A stretch of 64,000 nucleotides of DNA from Desulfomonilia bacterium (GTDB taxonomy: Bacteria > Desulfobacterota > Desulfomonilia > UBA1062). Within the stretch, counting starts at the first letter, position 1. Every line of letters starts with the position of its first letter. Positions 9,908-19,989 of this stretch are shown here, piece after piece. A program made the position numbers and the translations under genes. Below the pieces are notes generated by a model. It was not told where the DNA came from. It saw only the letters and a program-made list of their open reading frames with translations, and searched no databases. The stretch covers positions 150,793-214,792 of the forward strand of contig JBEKDT010000007.1 in the NCBI GenBank assembly GCA_050014195.1. The letters run 5' to 3'.

Positions 9908-10894
9908 ATGAAATCTATTATCCCTATCCTGCAGGAAATACCATATCAGGCATTACGCGCTGTGATCAGGCTCATCCGATGCCTGCCCTATAACCTCGTG
10001 GTGAATCTTTTTCGATTTATTGGCATCATCATGTGGCTCATAGACCCGTTCCATAGGAAGGTTGCCACAGTCCAGATACGCACCGCCCTTGGCATAGAAA
10101 ATCCGTGGCGGCTTGTGCTGAAGGTATTCATGAACCAGACAGAAATAATTGTAGACACGATCCGGTATGCATTTATGAGCGATGAAGAGATCAGAAGCAG
10201 GATTGTGGTGGAGGGGAAGGAGCACGTAGATGAGGCGCTGGCAAGCGGACGGGGTCTCATGATGTTCACGGGCCACATCGGGAACTGGGAGATTCTCGGC
10301 CATATGAAGAAGGTTGTGGGCACTGAGTTTTACGCCATGGCTGATATCCGCAAAAATCCGAAGCTTGAAGCTATAGTGAACGATATCCGGGACCGCTGTG
10401 GTGCCATCGTCCTGCCACCAACGGGCACATTTCACATGCTTATTAATGAACTGAAAAAGTGCAAGACCATCGTCGGCATGATCATCGACATGCGTGGAGA
10501 CCAGAAAGACGACCTGTTCTGCGATATCTTCGGCATGCCGGCGCCTTCCAAATCCGCACCAGCCGCGATAGCACTCATAGGTAATGCCCTGGTAATGCCG
10601 GTCTATACCATTAAGCAGAAAGGCACCTACCACTGGTACTTTGCCAAGGCTGTGGATACGGCACAGTATGGCGATGGGGATGAGGCTATACAGAAACTGA
10701 GTGACTTCATGCAGTCCTGGGTGGCTTCTGTTGTCAGAAAACACCCAGAGCATTGGTTCTGGCTATACTCCAGATGGCTCAAACGATCGGACATGAGAAG
10801 GGTCATTAAAAAAAAGTTGGACTTCAAGGAGTACGTCCACAGGAAGATGGAAGCGGTATTGAGTGATCAGAGAGAAGTGAATAATGATTGGTGA
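9908..10894 (+). CDS. Lipid A late (lauroyl/palmitoleoyl-type) acyltransferase family protein
   Basis: GHIGNWE motif; C-terminal HPEHWFWLYSRW. Confidence 0.85.
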   Translation: MKSIIPILQEIPYQALRAVIRLIRCLPYNLVVNLFRFIGIIMWLIDPFHRKVATVQIRTALGIENPWRLVLKVFMNQTEIIVDTIRYAFMSDEEIRSRIVVEGKEHVDEALASGRGLMMFTGHIGNWEILGHMKKVVGTEFYAMADIRKNPKLEAIVNDIRDRCGAIVLPPTGTFHMLINELKKCKTIVGMIIDMRGDQKDDLFCDIFGMPAPSKSAPAAIALIGNALVMPVYTIKQKGTYHWYFAKAVDTAQYGDGDEAIQKLSDFMQSWVASVVRKHPEHWFWLYSRWLKRSDMRRVIKKKLDFKEYVHRKMEAVLSDQREVNNDW

Positions 10895-11500
10895 CTGTGA
10901 AATACATAATAGTGATCATATGAAGGTGCCAATATAAAAAATCCAGTTTAATGGAGAATAAGACTCCTGTTTTTGCTCGGCAGATGTGTAAATTTCGTGC
11001 CGAGGCTAATGGTTATTCCAGAGCATAGATTTATTTTGATAATCATCGAAAAAGATGGGCATGAAAAATCATAGATTAATACCATTATCAACAGTTTGAT
11101 CATATTGGTGATAACTTCAATAAATGATCGCTTTCAAATCAGTCCTGAAAGTAGATGTATTCAGATGTAATCTAAGCTTGGGGACATCGCATATCAAAGT
11201 CCACATTACCCATTCTTGGTTCCGATACCCGAGCTACAATAATAATTACAAAGTATGAACAAAGTTACCCCTTGCTATTATGGTCTTCTAAACCGCTATC
11301 TTCCTTATATGCAAGACCACCTCCTGAATAAGATTACCTAAGAACAATCTTCGAGCTCTCTTTACCATCATCACTGCTTCGGTATTCAGTCATCTTAAGT
11401 CTGATATCAAGTTACTACATGAGGCATTGATGAATCAAATGGTGCTCTCAGGACTGTAATAGATACCTTCATATGCATAAGATCTATAACGGAAAGAAGG

Positions 11501-11983
11501 TTGCTCATGAAAAACTCATGGTTATTTATACTTGTTTTCATGATTCCAGGAACAGAAGTGATTCTTCTGTATAGTGAAAAGATTATTATTGATAAAGAAG
11601 ACGAGGATAATCCCTCTATTCAACAGAAGGCCATACAGCCAATACTTTCTGCTCCAACGTCAAAAGTGAATGAATCTGCTCTCATAAAAAGCGCTACAGA
11701 TGAGATAAAGATTTCTGACAGGAATGAAATCCATTTCGATTTTGTCATGCCCACCCTTGAGCCTGATGTGCCAGATATATTGAACCAGAAGCTGTCTTTC
11801 ATCAAGGTACATCCAGATTTTAAATTTTGGATAAAGAGAAATCATGGTGAAGGAGACACAATAGGATCAAAACTTACACTTGGTGACCGTAGGGCTAGGG
11901 CTTTCCAGAACGATCTTGTTCATCAGGGAATGAAGAAAGAACGGGTTTCATCCATAAGTTATGTGGAGGTGAATCATGGTTGA
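11501..11983 (+). pseudogene. Degenerate OmpA/Pal-like domain protein
   Basis: IHFDF...LGDRRA...RVSSISY resembles Pal, but the GHxD peptidoglycan motif is lost and the C-terminus is truncated. Confidence 0.55.
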
Positions 11984-12284
11984 AAACAATTCAAACTGTC
12001 CAAAAAGTCACCATATTTTATCTGCTTCCGCAAATCTACTGGGCATATGCTTTTTGATATTCAACATTATCAGGGTATCAAAGATGCATGAGAAGACCTT
12101 TCTCGATGACCTATGCCTGGTAGGGATACTTTTATTCATGGCTTCCAGTTTAATGTCATATAGTTCTATACGTTCTACGACAAAACAGGATTCTTATGAA
12201 AAAGCGGCAGATACTATCTTCATGGGTGCTCTGCTCTTCTTGTGTCTTGTTACTACGGTTACAGCTCTTGGGCTGATCTATTGA
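11976..12284 (+). CDS. Small membrane protein (about 3 TM)
   Basis: HHILSASANLLGICF; hydrophobic segments; GAGGTG RBS. Confidence 0.7.
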   Translation: MVENNSNCPKSHHILSASANLLGICFLIFNIIRVSKMHEKTFLDDLCLVGILLFMASSLMSYSSIRSTTKQDSYEKAADTIFMGALLFLCLVTTVTALGLIY

Positions 12285-12300
12285 AGGATAGAACTTGTGT

Positions 12301-12990
12301 TTATTTCCCTTCCGAGAGTTCCTCAAGGGCTTTATAGTCCAGAATAGTGATCATCCGGCCCTGAACTTCCAGTACCCCATCATTCTGCATCTTTCGCAGC
12401 GTCCGGGACAGGGCCTCGGGAGTTGCTCCCAGTATCTTGGAAAGTTCCCGGTGGGTGACCGGGAGGTCGATCCTCAGGCCGTTCTCTTCATCCTTCCGGT
12501 ACAGGGCCATGATTAAACCGGCCAGACGCTGGGGAATCTCTTGGAGAGCCAGGGACTCGATGAGGCTCATGGATTCCTTGAGCCTTCGGGACAACACCCG
12601 CAGGATGTTCAGGAGGAGTGCAGGTTCTTTCATGACGATATCTTCAACGGCTGGTCCGGGAATGGTGAGTATGTCGGACTTTTTCAGTGCAAGTGCCTCG
12701 GCGGGAAAATCATGGGTGGCAAAGGCTGTACACAGGCCGAATGGTTCCCCAGGCCCTAAAAGGTACAGGGTCTGTTCCTTACCTTCTATCGAGCTCTTGG
12801 AGAGTTTCACCTGCCCTGAAACAACGACAAAGAACTGCTTGACCAGGTCCGTCTCAGCAACGATCACCTCTCCCGGTTGGTATGTCCCGATCAGTATACG
12901 CCGGGATAGAGCCTCCAATACTTTATTGGAGAGCCCTTGAAAAATAGAGATGTCCTGTATCTGTTTCAGAGTATCCATAAAAAATTTCAT
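12301..12990 (-). CDS. Crp/Fnr-family transcriptional regulator
   Basis: cNMP-binding domain (LGPGEPFG) and HTH THRELSKILGATPEALSRTL. Confidence 0.93.
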   Translation of the reverse strand: MKFFMDTLKQIQDISIFQGLSNKVLEALSRRILIGTYQPGEVIVAETDLVKQFFVVVSGQVKLSKSSIEGKEQTLYLLGPGEPFGLCTAFATHDFPAEALALKKSDILTIPGPAVEDIVMKEPALLLNILRVLSRRLKESMSLIESLALQEIPQRLAGLIMALYRKDEENGLRIDLPVTHRELSKILGATPEALSRTLRKMQNDGVLEVQGRMITILDYKALEELSEGK

Positions 12991-12991
12991 T

Positions 12992-13011
12992 TCATTGATC
13001 TAGATCAATGA
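12992..13011. promoter_or_regulatory. Perfect FNR-type box in a 20-bp palindrome
   Basis: TCATTGATCTAGATCAATGA contains TTGAT-N4-ATCAA (12995-13008), between the divergent Crp/Fnr gene and trxA. Confidence 0.85.
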
Positions 13012-13114
13012 CTGTATCGCCATGGGGGTATATGTCTAGCTTCATGGGATGAGATCTTTTTATCATAAGGAAGAATCCCTGAGCAAAAGAAATCACAGAT
13101 GTAAGGAGTGAAAG

Positions 13115-13450
13115 ATGGCTGACAAAGAATACGTAATTCATGCAGATGATAACACGTTTGATGTCGCTGTTAAGAAATCTGATTACCCCATCCTGGTAGA
13201 TTTCTGGGCACCCTGGTGCGGACCCTGCCGGGCTATCGGGCCTGTGCTTGAAGAGATAGCCAAGGAATATGATGGGCGGGTGAATGTCGTGAAGGTGAAT
13301 GTTGATGAGAGTCCTGAAACGTCGAGAAAATTCGGGGTCCGGAGCATCCCAACATTATTGTTCATAAAGCAGGGAAAGGTTCAGGATACCCAGGTGGGAT
13401 CATTACCCCGGACACAGCTGGCATCCTTTATAGACAAGAATTTAGCATAA
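13115..13450 (+). CDS. trxA: Thioredoxin
   Basis: DFWAPWCGPC, SIPT. Confidence 0.97.
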   Translation: MADKEYVIHADDNTFDVAVKKSDYPILVDFWAPWCGPCRAIGPVLEEIAKEYDGRVNVVKVNVDESPETSRKFGVRSIPTLLFIKQGKVQDTQVGSLPRTQLASFIDKNLA

Positions 13451-13485
13451 CAAATCAGTAACATGAGAAAGAAGGAAAATAGTCC

Positions 13486-13707
13486 ATGAACGATTTTTTG
13501 CTATTCATTCTCATTGTGTTTGTCTGGTACGTACTCCAGAGCTGGTTATTACCAAAACTGGGTGTACCGACCTGAGGGTCAAACCAGTCCTGCCAGGTGG
13601 CGGACAAAACACCTAAAGGCACAGATAAGAAACCAGGCTTATCCAAGACAGTCTCTCTTGCAAAGGAAATGGTGGATCATGACAAAAAACATGGGAACAG
13701 CAGATAA
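13486..13707 (+). CDS. Putative small membrane-anchored selenoprotein (73 aa, UGA at codon 30, U-x5-C); not in the ORF track
   Basis: GAAGGA RBS; MNDFLLFILIVFVWYVLQSWLLPKLGVPT-U-GSNQSC; TGA at 13573-13575; hairpin GTCC-(T)-GCC-AGGT-GGC-GGAC starts 11 nt later. Confidence 0.75.
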
Positions 13708-13879
13708 GGCAATCAGGTTACTTTTAGTAATAGTAGTGGCAGTACTTTATCTTACAGGGTCAATAACCGGGGTTGCAGCAATCGTTCTGGGCATCATTGC
13801 AGCTATCTTTATCATCACCAGTCTCATCAGTTTCTGCCCACTGTATGTCCCGTTGAAGATTTCGACGAGAAAAAGATGA
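13679..13879 (+). CDS. DUF2892/YgaP-like small membrane protein
   Basis: MTKNMGTADKAIR...FCPLYVPLKIST. Confidence 0.85.
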   Translation: MTKNMGTADKAIRLLLVIVVAVLYLTGSITGVAAIVLGIIAAIFIITSLISFCPLYVPLKISTRKR

Positions 13880-13994
13880 CAGCCACTCTATTGCTGCCCC
13901 TAGCCAGGCTAGGATGTTCTTATTATTATTAGGAAAATATGTAGAGCATGCACTGTTACACAAGGATATAGAAAATACCAGTCAGGAGGTAGAT

Positions 13995-15290
13995 ATGAGG
14001 AGAATCTCTAGTATTCTGGCATTAACAGTAATGACAATCATGGTGTCTAGTTCAGGAGCACTCGCCACCAACGGTGACAACCTGATCGGCATCGGGCCTA
14101 TTTCCCGCTCCATGGGCGGAGTCGGCATCGCAGCCCCCCAGGACGCCATCAGTGCGGTGTTTGCAAACCCTGCAGCCATGTGCGTAGGACCATACTGCCC
14201 GGCCTCGGCCTTTGATTTTGCCGGCACTCTGTTCATGCCAAAGATCAAGGGAGAGGTCGATACGAATGGCAGCATCGTGAAGTCCGATAGTGCGGATACA
14301 GAATACAGTATACCTGCCATCGGTATCAGCGTGCCGATTACCGACAAGCTTCCCCTCTGGAGATTCGGCCTTGCAGCCTACGGGGTGACAGGCCTCGGTG
14401 TGGACTATCGCGGCAAAGACCTTGACAAAGCCACACTCGGGGGGAGCTATCCTCTTGTTTCCGGGTCATATACCTCTCTCCAGGTCATGAAGTTCGCGCC
14501 TGCCATTGCGTTTGAACCGATGGATAAACTTTCCCTGGGCATGGCAGTGCATATCGACTATGCCACCCTGGATCTCAGGGACGGATCGTCACCGAATTAT
14601 GGTGCAGGAGTCCAGCTCGGCGCCCTTTATCATCCCATTGATCCTGTCACTATCGGCCTGAATTATACAACACCCCAGAGAGTGACATATAAGAACGTCG
14701 CCGACTTCGAGCAGAATGGCACGCTCGACAACCTCAAACTCGATTCACCCCAGCAGCTTGGCGGGGGAGTGGCATATGAGAACCCCACAATCATGAACCT
14801 GCTCGTTGAAGCAGATGTGACTTGGGTGAACTGGTCGAACGCAGCAGGGTACTCTGACTTTGATTGGAAAGATCAGTGCGTTTATGCCCTGGGAGTCCAG
14901 GTGGAGCCTGTGAAGAGATTTACCTTGAGGGCCGGATATAACTACGGAAACAACCCGGTCAAGAAACACAACAACTTTAATGGAAGCTTTAATTTCTCCA
15001 ACCCTCAACAGCCGGTCCCCAACAGTGTCAAGAATGTCCAGGGTAGTACCCTGCCCACATACTACTATGAGACCTTCAGGATCATCGGGTTCCCTGCCAT
15101 TGTGGAACAGCATATAACCTGCGGCGCAGGTTATAAGTTTACCGATCGGTTTGCTGTGAACCTCGGTTATATGCATGCCTTTGAGAACACCATCTCTGAG
15201 TCCGGTACCAACCCCCTGGGCCAGCCGGTCACACTCAAGTCAAAGCTGAGCGAAGACAGCCTTGATTTCGGGCTCACATGGTATTTTTAA
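13995..15290 (+). CDS. OmpP1/FadL-family outer membrane transporter
   Basis: Signal peptide, SMGGVGIA..D...NPAAM, C-terminal aromatic F. Confidence 0.88.
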   Translation: MRRISSILALTVMTIMVSSSGALATNGDNLIGIGPISRSMGGVGIAAPQDAISAVFANPAAMCVGPYCPASAFDFAGTLFMPKIKGEVDTNGSIVKSDSADTEYSIPAIGISVPITDKLPLWRFGLAAYGVTGLGVDYRGKDLDKATLGGSYPLVSGSYTSLQVMKFAPAIAFEPMDKLSLGMAVHIDYATLDLRDGSSPNYGAGVQLGALYHPIDPVTIGLNYTTPQRVTYKNVADFEQNGTLDNLKLDSPQQLGGGVAYENPTIMNLLVEADVTWVNWSNAAGYSDFDWKDQCVYALGVQVEPVKRFTLRAGYNYGNNPVKKHNNFNGSFNFSNPQQPVPNSVKNVQGSTLPTYYYETFRIIGFPAIVEQHITCGAGYKFTDRFAVNLGYMHAFENTISESGTNPLGQPVTLKSKLSEDSLDFGLTWYF

Positions 15291-15336
15291 TGCAGGAACA
15301 GCTCCGATCAACTCGGCAAGATAGCACACAGGAGGC

Positions 15337-18300
15337 ATGAGAATGTCGAATCTCAGCAATACCCATAAGGAATATCTCAAGGAAAAATTCAAGGACCGTG
15401 TGAATTTCGATGACGTGGAGCGAATGCTCTACAGCCACGACATAGCTGCCATGCCGAGTCTTATCAAGCCGCTCATCGGCGATACCACCCCTGATGCTGT
15501 GGTGCAGCCCCAAAGCGAAGAAGAGCTGAAAGAATTGGTGATGTGGGCCGCCAAAAACCATGTCCCGCTCACACCGAGGGGAAAGGCATCATCGGGCTAT
15601 GGAGGGGTCCTGCCAGTTGAGAACGGCATTGTGGTGGACTTCTATCGAATGAAAAAGGTGCTTTCTGTCGATAAAGACAAGCTTACAGCAACTGTCCAGC
15701 CCGGAATCGTCTGGGAGGCGCTTGATCATGAGTTGAAGAAGAAAGGCATGACGCTGCTTACCTACCCATCAAGCTACCCGAGCTCAACGGCAGGGGGCTG
15801 GCTTGCCCAGGGAGGTGCTGGCTTCGGTTCATTTGAAGCAGGCTGGTTCAGGGACATCGTGCTGAGCGCCCGTGTCGTGCTCCCCGATGGCATGGTCAGT
15901 GTTTTTGAGGGGAAAGATCTTGATATGATCAGCGATGCGGAAGGCATAACCGGTCTCATCAGCGAGATCACCCTAAAGGTTCAGAATGATGAGCCCATGG
16001 ATCTGGTCTCCATCGGCTGTCCGAACCCCCACGATCTCCAGAATCTCATGGAGGCAATGATAGCGCAGGACCTGCCCATATGGTCCATCGTGTTTATCAA
16101 CCCCAAGATGGCTGAAATGAAGAACCAGGCGCCCATCATGGAGCACTGGGGACACCCTGCAGAGGAGCGAGTGCTCCTGCCTGCATCCTACATCATCACA
16201 CTCACATTCAGAAAGAAGGACTCCCAAAAAATTATGGACGGCCTCAATAAGATCATCAAGCTATGCGAGGCTGAAATCTTGAGCGATAGAATAGCACACC
16301 ATGAATGGAAACACCGATTCAAGCTCATGGTTGTGAAACGCTTAGGCCCAAGCCTTGTGCCCGCAGAGGTGGTCATCCCGCTGTCTGCCTTCGGCGACTT
16401 CATGAAGAAGGTGGAGAGCACCATCCAGCAGCCCGTGGTAAAGGAAGGCGTGGTCATCAGGAAATCCACATCCGGCAAGCCCGAGGTGGTCATCCTCGGA
16501 TTCATCCCGAGCGATGAGCGGAAGTTCAGCTACAACTTTGTCTTCCCCCTGTCGCTCACAGTCATGAAGATCGCTGAAAAATATGGCGGACGAGCGTATG
16601 CCACAGGGCTCTATTTCAAGAGCAAGGCAAAGGCAGTCCTTGGGAAGGACCGGCTTGCACGGATGAAATCTTTCAAGAAAAAGATAGACCCCAAGGGTAT
16701 TCTCAACCCCGGCAAGGTGCTTGGCGCAGGACTTATCGGGACTGCTGTAAAACTGGCAAGCATATTCGAGCCGTTCATAAGGCCTTTCAGTTATGCCATC
16801 ATCACGGAAGTGGGGGAGAGGCCTGAAAAAGATGTTCGGGATATCCCACCTGATGTTGCCTGGTATGCCTACAGCTGCTCCCAGTGCGGCTACTGTGTGG
16901 ATGAGTGCGACCAGTTCTATGGTCGGGGATGGGAGAGCCAAAGCCCGAGAGGCAAATGGTACTGGTTGCGCGAGTACATGAAGGGCAAGCAGGAGTGGAA
17001 CCAGAAGATGGTGGATACCTTTCTTGTGTGTACCACCTGTGAGCTCTGCAATTTCCGCTGCTCTGCAGCGCTTCCTATCGAACCCTCCTGGATGAAGCTC
17101 AGGGGCAAGCTTGTAGATGAAGAAAAGAAGATGACCTTCCCGCCCTTTGAGATCATGTCTGCTGCAGCCATGAAAGAAGGCAATATCTGGGCCGGTTATC
17201 GTAAGGACCGATCTAAATGGTTCCCTGAAGATCTGAAAGAGAAGCACGGACCCGGAGTAACGGCCAAGAACGTCTATTTTGCAGGGTGCACGGCCAGCTA
17301 TGTGGAAGAAGACATCGGTATGGCGAGCGTGCGGCTGCTGGACAAGGCAGGGGTGGATTTCACCTATGTGGGCAACAAGGAGAACTGCTGCGGCACTCCC
17401 ATGCTCGTTGCCGGCAAGTGGGATGTTTTCGAAGCGATCATGAGGAAGAACATCAAGGCTGTCAAAGAAGCGGGCAGTGACACCGTTATTACCTCCTGTC
17501 CTGCATGCAACATGATGTGGCGACATGTCTACCCGACATGGGCTAAAAAGCTGGGTATCGATTATGACATAACGGCACGCCACTACAGCGAGATCCTTTC
17601 GGAAAAGATAAGATCGGGCGAGTTCACCTTCCCAGATACGGGGCAGAAGGAGGTCACGGTCACCTGGCATGACTCATGCCATATCGGACGCGTCTCTGGC
17701 GTTTATGAGGAACCACGGGACCTCATCAAGGCGATCCCCCATGTGAAATTCGTTGAGATGGATTATCATCATGCCGAGGCGCACTGCTGCGGGAGCGTGC
17801 TCAACCTCCTCAAGGAGCCCCTGGTAGCCGCGGATATCGGTGAGACGCGCCTGAACGAGGCACTGGATGCTGGAGCCCAGAAGGTCCTGGCCCTGTGCCC
17901 ATGTTGCGAGTTCCAGTTCCGGGTCACTGCGGACAAGAAGAAGATGCCCATCGAAGTAGTTGACCTCGCACGGTTCTCCGCGTCCGCCCTGGGGTATGAT
18001 TTCCCTGATCCCAACCCCGAGGTGGCCAAGCAGTGGGCCGTGTTCGAAGCCATGATAGCACTCATGACTCCGCAGGGGTTTGCCGACCTCATGGGCACCA
18101 TGTGGCCAGAGCTCATCTCGTCAATGCCGTTCGGCATGGGGCCCATGATGCGCATTATGGGCAAAATCCCGGGTGCACTTGACCTCATGAAGCCCATGTT
18201 CCCAATACTCTTCCCCAGGCTGCTGCCCATGATGATGCCTAAGGTCATGGACACCATGCTCAAGAAGGTGGGCGAGCGCATCCCCATGCCCGACTACATG

Positions 18301-18423
18301 CGCGAGCAGATGCCTGAACTTATGCCCAAGGTCATGGATAACCTTATGCCTCATATGATAGGTGATGTGGTGCCGCTGGTCACTCAGCCCATGATTAATT
18401 ATTTAAAAGGAAAACCACATTAA
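15337..18423 (+). CDS. FAD-binding + 4Fe-4S + CCG-domain oxidoreductase (GlcD/GlcF-like fusion) with Met/Pro-rich tail
   Basis: PRGKASS FAD region, DPKGILNPGK, CSQCGYC and CTTCELC, two CCG motifs, WHDSCH. Confidence 0.9.
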   Translation: MRMSNLSNTHKEYLKEKFKDRVNFDDVERMLYSHDIAAMPSLIKPLIGDTTPDAVVQPQSEEELKELVMWAAKNHVPLTPRGKASSGYGGVLPVENGIVVDFYRMKKVLSVDKDKLTATVQPGIVWEALDHELKKKGMTLLTYPSSYPSSTAGGWLAQGGAGFGSFEAGWFRDIVLSARVVLPDGMVSVFEGKDLDMISDAEGITGLISEITLKVQNDEPMDLVSIGCPNPHDLQNLMEAMIAQDLPIWSIVFINPKMAEMKNQAPIMEHWGHPAEERVLLPASYIITLTFRKKDSQKIMDGLNKIIKLCEAEILSDRIAHHEWKHRFKLMVVKRLGPSLVPAEVVIPLSAFGDFMKKVESTIQQPVVKEGVVIRKSTSGKPEVVILGFIPSDERKFSYNFVFPLSLTVMKIAEKYGGRAYATGLYFKSKAKAVLGKDRLARMKSFKKKIDPKGILNPGKVLGAGLIGTAVKLASIFEPFIRPFSYAIITEVGERPEKDVRDIPPDVAWYAYSCSQCGYCVDECDQFYGRGWESQSPRGKWYWLREYMKGKQEWNQKMVDTFLVCTTCELCNFRCSAALPIEPSWMKLRGKLVDEEKKMTFPPFEIMSAAAMKEGNIWAGYRKDRSKWFPEDLKEKHGPGVTAKNVYFAGCTASYVEEDIGMASVRLLDKAGVDFTYVGNKENCCGTPMLVAGKWDVFEAIMRKNIKAVKEAGSDTVITSCPACNMMWRHVYPTWAKKLGIDYDITARHYSEILSEKIRSGEFTFPDTGQKEVTVTWHDSCHIGRVSGVYEEPRDLIKAIPHVKFVEMDYHHAEAHCCGSVLNLLKEPLVAADIGETRLNEALDAGAQKVLALCPCCEFQFRVTADKKKMPIEVVDLARFSASALGYDFPDPNPEVAKQWAVFEAMIALMTPQGFADLMGTMWPELISSMPFGMGPMMRIMGKIPGALDLMKPMFPILFPRLLPMMMPKVMDTMLKKVGERIPMPDYMREQMPELMPKVMDNLMPHMIGDVVPLVTQPMINYLKGKPH

Positions 18424-18444
18424 AAGAGAACCAGGGAGGGAACC

Positions 18445-18828
18445 ATGAGAATAGGAAGATCTCTAGGTCTAGTATTCTTACTTATCCTGACAGTAGGAAT
18501 TATTCAGGGGTGCTCTCATCGTTGGCATGATTGGGATGATCAATGTTATGGCCATGGTGGAGGAATGATGTGGCATGGTGGAGGCTGTGGGCCAGGCATG
18601 ATGGGCTCAGGACCAGGTTACTATCGTTCTGGAGAACCACTAACAATTGATCAAGCCAAATCGACAGTGGAACGTTATATAGCTTTTTCAAGAAATCCTA
18701 ATATCAAGGTTGGTCAAGTCACAGAAAAAGACAAATATTTTGAGGCTGAGATTATCACAAAAGAAGGATCTATAGTAGATAAGCTTATGATAGATAAGCA
18801 AACCGGATGGATGAGATCGGTTTATTAG
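18445..18828 (+). CDS. Lipoprotein with His/Gly/Met-rich linker and PepSY-like C-terminus
   Basis: Lipobox-like IQGC; HGGGMMWHGGGCGPGMMG; IDKQTG. Confidence 0.7.
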   Translation: MRIGRSLGLVFLLILTVGIIQGCSHRWHDWDDQCYGHGGGMMWHGGGCGPGMMGSGPGYYRSGEPLTIDQAKSTVERYIAFSRNPNIKVGQVTEKDKYFEAEIITKEGSIVDKLMIDKQTGWMRSVY

Positions 18829-19467
18829 ATGAGCTATAGCAAAAAGCGTGATTTTAATAAGGAGGCAGCTTCCTGGGATGAAGAGCCAGGACGGGTAAAG
18901 ATTGCTAATGATATTGCTGATGCCATATCAGATGAAATAATTTTGACCCCAGATATGTCTTCTTTGGACTTTGGCTGTGGCACGGGTCTTTTGACCCTCA
19001 GGTTACAGCCTTTAGTCCATTCAATAACTGGTGTTGACAGTTCCCAAGGAATGCTTGATGTTCTTAAGGCGAAGATTGAAAATAAGAAGCTGACTAATGT
19101 AACAACTGAATACCTGGATCTAGAGAAGGGTGATGTTCTGGGTGGCATTTACCAACTAATTGTCAGCAGCATGACCTTGCATCATATTCAGAATATAAAA
19201 CCTCTCTTCGATGAATTCTACAAGATATTATCTCCTGATGGATATCTCTGCATTGCTGATCTTGATCTCGATGATGGGAAGTTCCATGGCACCAATGAAG
19301 GGGTATTCCACTTTGGTTTTGATCGGGCAAAATTGCGTCAGGTTTTTATGGAGGCAGGATTTGATGCTATCCGGGATCGGACTGCTACAGAAGTAATGAA
19401 ACCAACTGCTGATGGAATAAAGCAGCTTTTTACAATATTTCTTATGATAGGCCGGGAAAGTCCTTAA
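18829..19467 (+). CDS. Class I SAM-dependent methyltransferase
   Basis: LDFGCGTG motif I; MTLHHI. Confidence 0.92.
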   Translation: MSYSKKRDFNKEAASWDEEPGRVKIANDIADAISDEIILTPDMSSLDFGCGTGLLTLRLQPLVHSITGVDSSQGMLDVLKAKIENKKLTNVTTEYLDLEKGDVLGGIYQLIVSSMTLHHIQNIKPLFDEFYKILSPDGYLCIADLDLDDGKFHGTNEGVFHFGFDRAKLRQVFMEAGFDAIRDRTATEVMKPTADGIKQLFTIFLMIGRESP

Positions 19468-19989
19468 TGGTGTTGTAAAACAAATAATCATACAGATTAG
19501 TTAATTACATATGCTTATATACATTTCTCTCGATCGAGTTCAGCTGTTTACATAATAAACCGAAGATAACATGCCAGAAGACACAGTTTCTGATTATTGA
19601 ATATTTGTAACCACATAATCACCACTTTGCCCACCCCGTTGATAACTTCGATAACTATTCGGATTTGAATACATGCAAAAACCAGAGATATGTTAAAGAT
19701 ATCTTTACTTTTAAGGTCCTATGTCTGGAGTATCGATAGTGGCAAGTTATCATAAATTGATCTCTCGGAAAGTACATATAGCTTGTGGTTATCTCTAGTC
19801 GGTCATTACTGAATATATCATTCGGAGATCTCAATAGGCTATTCAGAATGGCAAAGTATAAAGATCTATAAGAGATGTGGCATGCTTGCTTAGGGCATTA
19901 AATCGCCGATAATCATTCATATGTTAAATATAATTTGTACATTTCAATAGTTACATATCATTTCCCATTATAGAGGCTGAGGTCTCCCT

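Noticed and set aside
13514-13678. N-terminal extension of the 121-aa ORF in the track
   Set aside because: The DUF2892 domain starts at 13679; the upstream part is better explained by the overlapping UGA-containing frame.
16342-17670. 442-aa antisense ORF and similar long shadow ORFs elsewhere
   Set aside because: They lie opposite well-supported genes in GC-rich coding DNA and have no recognisable motifs.
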